From positions 4,221,830 through 4,285,829 of the forward strand of contig NC_068991.1 in the NCBI RefSeq assembly GCF_001194135.2: a stretch of 64,000 nucleotides of DNA, read 5' to 3'. The notes below the pieces were generated by a model. The model did not search any database, had not been told where the DNA came from, and saw only the letters and a list, made by a program, of their open reading frames with translations. Numbering within the stretch: the first letter of the stretch is position 1; each line of letters starts with the position of its first letter. A program made the position numbers and the translations under genes. This DNA comes from Octopus bimaculoides. Lineage: Eukaryota. Shown here piece by piece: positions 53,993-64,000 of this stretch.

Positions 53993-54800
53993 GTCTATCT
54001 GTCTGTCTGTCTGTCTGTCTGCATGTGATCGACTTGAAATTTCGTAAGATATTAAGATAGTTCCTTAACATGAAACGGGTGGTAGCCTTAACACTCTAAT
54101 AAAGAAATTCTATCCACGAATGCGGTGTTGAGCACTCATTTTCATCGTTCGACATTTACGTATATGTTTGTGTGTGTGTTTGTGTGCCTGTGCGTACGTG
54201 TGCATGTGTGTGTGTGTGTGTGTGTGTGTTTGTGTGTATGTATATATGTATAATCTTTTTTCGGAACGTGTGAGCATTTGCTCTTGTCCGAATGAATCTA
54301 TATTATACATAAGTGTGTAGTGATTATTGGACTGGAAAGATAATGGATGTAATCAAAATATTGAATTAACCGGAGGTTTACGTTGGCACGAATTGAATTT
54401 ATATTGAGTTAAGCAACGACAGTTCATTAATTGCAAAAAGTCAATTAAGTGTAATAACTGTAAATTTTGTTTCCAAGGATGTTTCATTGCAAATTTTATA
54501 AAAGGTATCTATGTCCACGCAAAAATACGTGATTTAGAGAGAAACGCACTATATGTAGATATGCATATACTTATCTTTATAAACATATATATGAGGTTAC
54601 ACACACAGAGATACATACACACAAAACCACATATACATACAAACACTCGCATATATGTATCTGTGTGTTTGTGTGCGTGTGTGTGTATCTGTGTAAGACG
54701 GTATGCTTTTGTGTGTACGTATGCTTTTCCAATATGTTATACACATATATATATATTTACATAAATATTATTGTCTAAATTTATAAGGCTGCAAAGTTTC

Positions 54801-54997
54801 AGAATCGTCAGCGCATCGGCCAAAATGCTCAGAGCAAATTCATCTGTCTTTAAGTACGCTCTGAGTTCAAATTCTGCTAAGGTCAACTTTGCCATTTATC
54901 ATATTGAAACCGATAGAAGAAGTACCATTTGAACATTTCGATTGATCTAATTGGCTTAGCACAGTCCCTTGAACTTGCCAGCCTTGTGCCAACATTT
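54801..54997 (+). mobile_element. Family B SINE
   Basis: AGAATCGTCAGCGCATCGGCCAAAATGCTCAG...CTGAGTTCAAATTCTGCTAAGGTCAACTTTGCC...CAGCCTTGTGCCAACATTTGA. Confidence 0.75.
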
Positions 54998-55040
54998 GAG
55001 CCCATTATTACATGGGTTCATATTCATGTATAAACACAAT

Positions 55041-55079
<39 letters not shown>

Positions 55080-56605
55080 CAAAATACACGAATCAATTCC
55101 TTAAATGATTGTAAATATAAATATAATTGTATATATAGATACGCATAAATATATGCATACACACACACGCACACACACACACACNNNNNNNNNNNNNNNN
55201 NNNNNNNNNNNNNNNNNNNNNNNNNNNNNNNNNNNNNNNNNNNNNNNNNNNNNNNNNNNNNNNNNNNNNNNNNNNNNNNNNNNNACTTCGTCTCAAAGCT
55301 AGCCTGCACAAATTCACACATATACGCACATGCACGCATATACATATACGCACACAAATGTAAAGTTCGTAATATACTTACAATTTCATATATACCAACG
55401 TATACGTACATAGACACACACAAAGAAATACAAATACAACTATATATATCCAGACATAGACACTGATAACTAGCTTAATATACGTTTACAACTCCATTAC
55501 ATACGCATGCACCACAACACACGTACGGACAGACAAATACATACACACACATACATACATATGCACGCGCATGCACTGAAGCGGACAAATCACAAGGAAC
55601 GAATATTAACAACGAAGTTAAAAATAAAAGAAAATTAAAAAATTAATGAATAAAACGGGAATTATAACAACTTGAAATAATTAGAAGAAAAAAAAACAAT
55701 CGTATAAAAATTATTTCTTAACAAAATTAAGCATAAAACCTTCATTCAAAGTTAAATAACTAAAGCTCTGTTAATTTTTAATTCCCTAATTGAGCAAACC
55801 CTGTCCTCATTTCTTGATCTTACAGCTAATGGAAATTCAAAATGAAAGAAATACCACCAACAAAAGAGTATTCCCCGAAATTTAATTACCTTTCAGAAAG
55901 AAATTTGGTTTCGGGTAAATGTACCGCTCCATAATTGATATTTGTTTTCTTTGTATTTTTTGAAACATTTTTCTGTTTTTTTTTTGTCTTCTTTTTTCCT
56001 GACAGTTCTGTAGAAAAAGCAATTACACGTGATCACCAGTATCACCACGCCATTACCAACACTACACAGCTGTTGTGCTGAAGATTAATATAGAGCTGTG
56101 CTGTATAGGCGTCAAGGAACCTTCTAAGTTTAAGGTGTAGAAGAAATTGGCTAATTTTAAATAATTTTTTCCTATGTTTTTGTTTGTGTTTTTTCTTGTT
56201 TTTTTTTGTGTGTATGTGTGAGTGTGTGTGATTGTATGCATGATTGAGTTTGCAAGGAAAACGTGGGTTCGCGTTGCTGTTTTAAATCATTCGAACCTCG
56301 TGATATCGTGGGTCTGAAAACGGAAATACAAACCTATAATATTGAGAATTTTCTTTGTGTAGTTATTTGACAACCATCATATTGCATAGAGCTCTCAAAT
56401 CGTGGTAGTATCAGCGATGTGACTCTGGCCTGGTACTAAACAGATTTATGGTGATATCTTAAGGTAGATTTTAGACATTGGCGTTTTTTTCTTGCAAAAA
56501 AAAAAAATCAAGTGAGTCCGGAATCGACCAAGCGCTCTTCATTTATCGAAAACCGAAACGCTGAGAATCAAAGTGAATCTCAGCGGAATTTGATCTCATA
56601 GACAT

Positions 56606-56706
56606 CAGGAGGAGGAGGAGGAGTAGGAGGAGGAGGAGAAGAAGAAGAAGAAGAAGAAGAAGAAGAAGAAGAAGAAGAAGAAGAAGAAGAAGAAGAAGAA
56701 GAAGAA
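56606..56706. repeat. (GAG)n to (AAG)n trinucleotide repeat
   Basis: Directly visible. Confidence 0.95.
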
Positions 56707-57602
56707 TCGGAGGATACACCCACAACAACTGAAGTGAACCAGATTAGGGGAACATTTCCAAGGAAAATATAGATCACAGTAACACGGCGCGATTGATTAG
56801 AAAAAAAACAATAGAAGAGATAATTTAATAGCACCAAAATCATTAAGCAATGTAATTAGTTACTCACCTGAGAAGAACAACAAAGCACTAATTTATTAAC
56901 AGAGGAACTTAGATTTCGTCGGAAACGCGTGTGCGTGTGTGTGAACGGTATGAAAGAAAGGGAGAGGAAATCTAACCGTAGATGAATGCGTAACTGATGT
57001 ACGTTTTGCCGCACACCAGTTTCTGTTAACATAGTGACAATGTTCGTATTAGGCAGTTTCCATACGTGGTAACAATATCTGCTTCATCGTTTGGAAAGGA
57101 GAGACTGAGAGAGAGAGAGAAGGCGAGATAGATAGATACATAGATAGAAAGATACAGGATTCAAGTTAATCCGCTATCTAAATAGTAAGGCACCAAGATC
57201 GGGTCAAAGGAATAGGAATCGTGTAGAGAGCAAAATTAGACATATACGTACTTACTGAAGTACAGAGAGATTAATATTCCAGTTGCCTATATGATCACAA
57301 GCGTATCTAGAGTGTCAAAGCTCTACTTAGGAACACACACGGCACCAGATGTACTGCGCTCAATAGACCCTTCATCCACGCTGATTGCATGTCCCCAGTA
57401 AAGTGAGAAATAAATAAATAACAAGATTTATTATCCTAGCTGAAGTGGCATATAATGTTGATTCCTAGAATGTTTGGGGGGGAGGGGGTTATGTGTAATT
57501 CGTGTCTACTCTCCTGATGAAACTTTATTTTTTTCGCTTGATGTAATAACTCTATTCATAAAAAAAAAACTGGTTTGAAACAATTGTAAGGAACGAACCA
57601 AT

Positions 57603-57783
57603 TTTCTTCTTCTTCTTCTTCTTCTTCTTCTTCTTCTTCTTCTTCTTCTTCTTCTTTTTCTGCTTCTTCTTCTTCATCGTCGTCGTCGTCGCCATCGTCT
57701 TTTTTTGTCATCGTCTAGTTCCTCTTCTCCAACTCGACTTCCCACTACCTTCTAAACCCCATTTTCCTCTTCCTCCACCTTCT

Positions 57784-57833
<50 letters not shown>

Positions 57834-57896
57834 AGAAATCCTCATCACCGTTATCGACGTTTTCTACACTGTTAGCAAGTATCATCTTTATCGTCA

Positions 57897-57966
<70 letters not shown>

Positions 57967-58156
57967 CATTATTATTATAAAACCATGCTTAGCGACATTT
58001 CCTCCTTCTTTACGCCGTGAGTTCAAATCCGTTCGAGGTCGATAAATTAAATAGCTTTTGAACACTCGAATCAATGTAATAGTCTAGCCCTACTCAAGAC
58101 TCTTGACCGATTGCCAAAATAACAAAGGATTATTATTATTATTATTATTACTGTTA

Positions 58157-58221
<65 letters not shown>

Positions 58222-58222
58222 G
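57603..58222. repeat. Cluster of (CTT)n, (CTA)n and (TTA)n arrays with a partial family B SINE at ~57983-58110
   Basis: Directly visible repeats; SINE fragment CTTAGCGACATTTC...TTTACGCCGTGAGTTCAAATCC...GAGGTCGATAAATTAA. Confidence 0.85.
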
Positions 58223-59159
58223 ATATCATTAGAATATGTTAGTGTAACAGAAATATCGTTTATTATTATCATTACTGTGATTTATTTTCTGCGATCTTTT
58301 ATTTGTTATTTCCATTCTCGATAATAATCATTGTGATGTTGCTACTATTTCATTAGAATTATTACCGTTATTGTTTGTGTTCGTTACACGTTGTATTGCG
58401 TCAATAATTCCTCATTGATTTCCGATAGGTGTCGCTGTTCAGCAAGATCACAAATCGGTCTTCAAGTGCTAATTTGATGCCCCGTTATTCTCAATACATT
58501 TATATGTGATTTGACCAGCAACTCAGACATCAGCGTAATGTATAATTTGGAAACACAGCTGAATGGAATGACTTGAGTGGAGTCCTTACGTACATACACA
58601 CCTCTATGAATATAATATACACGTATGTATGTATGTGCTTGTATGTGCATATGTGTATATATGAATATATATATTTATTTATATATATGCATATATATAC
58701 ATATATATATATATANNNNNNNNNNNNNNNNNNNNNNNNNNNNNNNNNNNNNNNNNNNNNNNNNNNNNNNNNNNNNNNNNNNNNNNNNNNNNNNNNNNNN
58801 NNNNNNNNNNNNNNNNNNNNNNNNNNNNNNNNNNNNNNNNNNNNNNNNNNNNNNNNNNNNNNNNNNNNNNNNNNNNNNNNNNNNNNNNNNNNNNNNNNNN
58901 NNNNNNNNNNNNNNNNNNNNNNNNNNNNNNNNNNNNNNNNNNNNNNNNNNNNNNNNNNNNNNNNNNNNNNNNNNNNNNNNNNNNNNNNNNNNNNNNNNNN
59001 NNNNNNNNNNNNNNNNNNNNNNNNNNNNNNNNNNNNNNNNNNNNNNNNNNNNNNNNNNNNNNNNNNNNNNATATATATAGGCAGAGAATATAGATAGATA
59101 TACAGACAGAAGGAAAGATAGACAAATAGATAGAGAGACACATAAATCGTCACAAAGAC

Positions 59160-59179
59160 AGTCAGATAGACAGACAGAC

Positions 59180-59255
<76 letters not shown>
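59160..59255. repeat. (GACA)n(GATA)n tetranucleotide repeat
   Basis: Directly visible. Confidence 0.95.
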
Positions 59256-59258
<3 letters not shown>

Positions 59259-59767
59259 GTCAGTTTGAATGAGTGTGTCTATGTGTAGGTCTTTGTGTCT
59301 GTGTGCTTGGGAGGGTGTGTATATAAGCATGCATACAAGTGTATATGCAGAAACGCCACGCATACATTTATAAACACATATAAAAACTTTCGTGTGTGTG
59401 TGTACGTATGCGTGCGTGTGTTTGTATGTGTATGTATGTAAATGTCCTGTGTACAATCATTATATTGAGGAAGAAACATCAAATGCCTTCCTAGAGCCTA
59501 TTTGTCAAATCATTAATAGCAAGTTTCTGTCTTGTTAGCACCATTTGTTATGTCACTATTTGAAGTGCTATTGTAGATAAAACTAGATTTATACAAGATT
59601 CCTCATATTTCCTTCTGCAGCAACGTTGACTTCACAATAAGTCTTACGCTATATATATATATTTTTTAATTCCTATATTTCTCAACTCATGCCGCATTCT
59701 ATATTCGGTTGATAATAAGTAATTTCTGTTTGACTCTCAGATGTTGCTACCTTTCCTATGTTTAGTG

Positions 59768-60073
59768 TGAAGGCGCGCGGCTTAGTGGTTAAAGTACTGG
59801 GTTCATGATTGTAAGGACGTGAGTTCGATTCCTGCGGCGAGTTATGTCCTTGAGCAGAACAATTTATTTCACGTCCTTCCAATCTACCTAGCTGGAGAAA
59901 AGGAGTAGTACCGGTTAGTCAAAGGGTCAGCGTTGTCACATTCTGTATCAGGCTGAATCACCTTGAGAAACAGGCTAAGGATATGAGTAACTGTGGAGAT
60001 CTCAGCCACTTATACGTTAATTTCATGAGCTAGCTGTTTTGATCACCGAACCAGCTGGCACAGACGGAGTTCC
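59768..60073 (+). mobile_element. Full-length family A SINE
   Basis: GTGAAGGCGCGCGGCTTAGTGGTTA...GTGAGTTCGATTCC...TGTCCTTGAGCAG...GTTAATTTCATGAGC...GACGGAGTTCC; homologous to 14784-15104. Confidence 0.85.
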
Positions 60074-60413
60074 TCTTCTCGGTAACGATTTGTTCTGCCC
60101 AATGTATGACGTACAACCGAAGTATTTCAGTGGGGCGTACCTCGAGTTATACATGTACGGTGCTTTCGATTTATATCAACATATTGCAAATAGTTTTATG
60201 TTTTCGGATTGCAGGGTTCTCTAAAAATAAATGAAAATCCTCAATTCTTTCAGAGAAATTTGATGTAATATCTTTTAAAGTTATGTAAACATGTTGAGCA
60301 TCAAACTATTTCTATATCTATTAAGATAAAATTGTTGTGTGTGTCAAGAAACGTGATTGTTAAGCAATGCGTGTGTTTGCGCAAATGCATATGGGAAGGA
60401 TGACTTCCCTATG

Positions 60414-60520
60414 CAAATATTGATAGGACATAGATAGGACATATTGATAGGACANNNNNNNNNNTGCAAATATTGATAGGACATAGATAGGACATATTGA
60501 TAGGACATAGATAGGACATA
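60414..60520. repeat. GATAGGACATA(TT)-based minisatellite interrupted by a 10-N gap
   Basis: TGCAAATATTGATAGGACATAGATAGGACATATTGATAGGACA is present on both sides of the gap. Confidence 0.8.
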
Positions 60521-60638
60521 GAAGGTGTATCAATAACCAGCTGGAGGAGATGTCTTCCCTCAGCTACAAGCTACAATAGCATCAACCATTAAGGATTAGC
60601 TATATTTAAGTGGCAAATATACTTCACGATGTATATGC

Positions 60639-60699
<61 letters not shown>

Positions 60700-63630
60700 C
60701 ACATACACATACATATATTGACGAGTGATTAGACAAAAGACAGACAGAGGCATTCAACACCCCTAGTAGAAGTTACAAGTACTAACGCATATATTTTACT
60801 CTGTGTTTGATGGCAAGTATTTTGGTTATGTTTTCAGAATTTACACTTGATGTATATCATCTGCGTCTACGGGCATGTGTACAATATGCATTGTGTTTGT
60901 ATCAGAAAATTCCATTTGGGAGATACTGAACATTCGGTTTATCCCTCAACTCGCGATCCTTCTTTAGCGTTGAATTTATCTTTCATCCGCATGAACTATA
61001 ACAGTAGAGTTAAAACACGTCGTTAATTAATCATGTTCTAAATTAATCAGTTTAAATTTAGAATTTTATTTCATTAATTTTCATTTCGATCAGTCTGATC
61101 TTCGCTCGTCATAAAGATTATTATGGAAACGCAAATAGAGCCGAATTGCTTTCAAAATACGACCGTTACTTCCCAGCAAAGAATTGTAACGCTTTTATCC
61201 ATTGAACAATTGAATGATGGATGCACAATTAATTTTAGATTATTGGATTAATCAATTTCTCTTGTAGCAAAGTTATATTGAGCTCATGTCAACTGGATAC
61301 TTATTGATTAAGCTATCAACAAGCATTGTGAATTGTTCTTATATAGTTTAGGTTAAACTTACTTGAAATACTTATTGAGCTCATCTATCTAAATAAAATT
61401 GAATATTGTCTCCTCCTTTTAGTCAGATATTGGATGTGTCAAGCCCCAATCTTAATCTTTTAGCTATTTATTGAGCACAAGGTAAGTGATTACGTGAAAT
61501 GAGCATTCTCTGCTGTTTGGTCTAGAATAGAAAAAAATCTACGGCATCCAAGAACATAAAGGGAGACTAATGACAATCTCGTGGACGTGTTTAAACCATC
61601 GTTAAGAATGCTTAAATCCATGACAAAACTAAAGTTACAATAATTTCAAAGGATGATCTATGGCTCATCTTTATAACCAATAATCGCTAAAGTCAATGTG
61701 ATGGATTAACTGAAAGAAATAATTATCGAAATTAAAACTTAAAACTTACTTAATTAGGAATGTAAATATCTTTATTTTTTGTCAACGAAAAAGAGAACTT
61801 CATATAACTTCAATACATTCTTCCAATCCAGTTTATTCTGGAAGGGAAAAAGTAACCAATTGCCTCTTTTTAATATACTGGTACAATGACCAGAAATTAG
61901 TTGTCTCTGCTAGGAATGTCGCCCTCCATAGAGTGTTAAATCACCAGGTGACTGAGATGAACACCAATATACAAGCTTATATAGCAACAGTACGTAGCCA
62001 CGTGATAAAAGACAAACCAGAATAACTCATATACACGTCTACATTCAACACAAAACAAAGGTTCAGCAAACTTTCACATTCTATATTTTAAAGCAAAGAA
62101 TATTGCTTCAGAATTTATTGAGAGTATGCAACAGATAAAGAAGCAACAGGAATATGTTTAAAATTAACAACCATCTTCACTATTCCTTAGGGGGTTTGAA
62201 TCTCCCAACGTTATCAGAACTTAAAAAGGTGAAGTATAATATATGGAATGTTTAATAAAGGGGAAACTGAGTTGTGGCCCGAAAGGTCGAAATAGAAGCA
62301 CATTGAAAATTTCAGAATGAAATACAAAATATCGTTGTTGAGAATGCTTCTCACTCCACCAGTCTGTCTGTTTCCTGCCTGTATTTCTGCCTGCGTGTAT
62401 CCCTATATCTGGCGCTCTTTTTATATATAGGTATCTATGTGGGGGTGTGTATGTGTGTAAGCGAACAGTTCCAGTAAGAAGTAATATATTGGAATGGAAT
62501 GGAATTTTCTTACTTGATAGAACAACAGTGAAGACTAGAGAATTAAATTCAAATGACGTAGCACTTGTAGCGCTTACTTATAAATAAACCAGAACACCCA
62601 AAGCTTGTAGAAACCCATCATGGCTACCATTGCTGGCATATGAATTTAAATAGTCTAAAACTGCTGCATAAATTTTACATGTGTTAATAACCTAGTGGAT
62701 AAGAATGTCATTAGCCTTAGACTGATAACAATATTTGCTTACGAGAATATGATTATATCTATAAATATCGAAGTTCGTCTACTACAATCAGCAAACGTGA
62801 TGTTGCTGTGAATATTTATAAATAAATTTTATCACCAAATATAAATTAAATATTTCTCAAACTTTATAATTATATTGCCAGTAACTTATAACAGACATTC
62901 CTTCAGAAATGCTGATTTAAAAAAAAATAAATTGAATATATAATTTTTCTGGACGAATGCAGGAAATATATGTTATGAAGAATGCCATATATTCCACACC
63001 CGTTTCATTTCGCTTATATTAATTATCTGAGGAATAATTTTCATAAATGTTGCAAACCTTAATTTTTAAAATCAATTAATTTTTTTTTATTAAAAATGAC
63101 GTTTATAAAGACAATTTTTATTTTAAATTGAATACGTATGATGGTTTAAATTGCACATTTCATATCAGAATAAGACGTGGTAAGATGAGAAAATGCAACA
63201 GAGGAAAGTATATACTCATTCATGCAAATGAAAAATAATTAAGTAAATCATTTTTTCGATATATTTGTAATACAAGACTCTCGGAAGGAGATAGCCATGT
63301 AACAGTTTCCTAAAGACCCGGTTACATATTTGTGTTATCGAAGTGAAGAGCTCATTGTGTTCTTTTAGTAATTTTATAGGACATGCTACCACATTGTTTA
63401 AATAGTGAATTTGTGCATGCATAATATTAAGTATAGGAGTTATAAATTGTTGTGTCAAATGAAGCGAAACGAAGTTGCGCTCATACGGGATTTTTTAGCA
63501 TTCCCGATTTTGAAACAAAATTATATATCAGTGGAAGAGACACAACTGGATCACATTAAACTGGTAAACCATTGGCTAATCTAATCCCATCCTGTACATA
63601 TGGGTCTATGTTGCATCGAAACACTCTTTT

Positions 63631-63667
<37 letters not shown>

Positions 63668-63701
63668 CATATACATACATACCCCCACACACACACACCC
63701 A

Positions 63702-63924
63702 CAGAGTAATCCCTCGACTATCGCGGGTGCTACGTTCCAAAAGCTCACGCAATCAGTGAAAGTCCGCGAAGTAGAAACAATACTTTCCTGTACATTTAAT
63801 TTTACCATTCCTATAATTTACATATATTTATTTTATTATAAATGCAAAACAACACCACGGAGGAATCGATGGAAGCTTAATAATAAACCGCGATACGCGG
63901 AACGCGATATAGTGACGCAGTACT
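63702..63924. mobile_element. Probable pogo/Tigger-type MITE
   Basis: Left CAGAGTAATCCCTCGACTATCGCGG and right CGCGATATAGTGACGCAGTACT form degenerate inverted ends resembling CAGTAATCCCTCG-type TIRs. Confidence 0.5.
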
Positions 63925-64000
63925 CAATAGATATATATGCGTGAGTGTCTCTACGGTTATGTACATTTTTGTTCTTGTGTTTATATGTAGGTTCATGTAA

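Noticed and set aside
56559-56586. Hairpin CGCTGAGA...TCTCAGCG considered as a pre-miRNA
   Set aside because: The stem is only about 11 bp, too short, and no known mature miRNA was recognised.
56860-57310. Minus-strand donors CAG|GTGAGT (~56868) and TCA|GTAAGT (~57255) as possible 5' UTR exons
   Set aside because: Isolated splice motifs with no recognisable coding frame or promoter support.
60520-60582. ITSWRRCLPSATSYNSINH resembling the PLE post-GIY-YIG segment
   Set aside because: Too short, and lacks the diagnostic CxLCL.

Overview
AT-rich, intron- or intergenic-type animal DNA from a short-read assembly. There are many N gaps, nearly all flanked by microsatellites. The recurring tRNA-derived SINE families match, from memory rather than a database search, those of coleoid cephalopods, most probably Octopus. 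No recognisable protein-coding gene is present. Almost all ORFs in the supplied track are artefacts of microsatellites, gaps or SINEs. Supported content: about 25 SINE copies from at least three modular families, very dense simple repeats, a decayed Penelope-like retroelement ORF with GIY-YIG-region motifs (22.2-22.7 kb), an internally deleted Tc1/mariner (maT-like) transposon (44.5-44.9 kb), and two short TIR elements (52.2 and 63.7 kb). The most interesting signal is a set of hammerhead-ribozyme motifs. One near-intact type I hammerhead (23231-23307) has an extended stem I and a palindromic mini helix III and lies about 0.5 kb from the Penelope-like ORF. Three further truncated or degenerate copies from different sub-families lie at about 10.2, 15.4 and 45.3 kb. 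Other notable items are a promoter-like island at about 26 kb, a 7-bp-phased array of nuclear-receptor half-sites (DR1-like) at 27.25 kb, a 190-bp local duplication, and weak candidate exons that I cannot assign to any gene.
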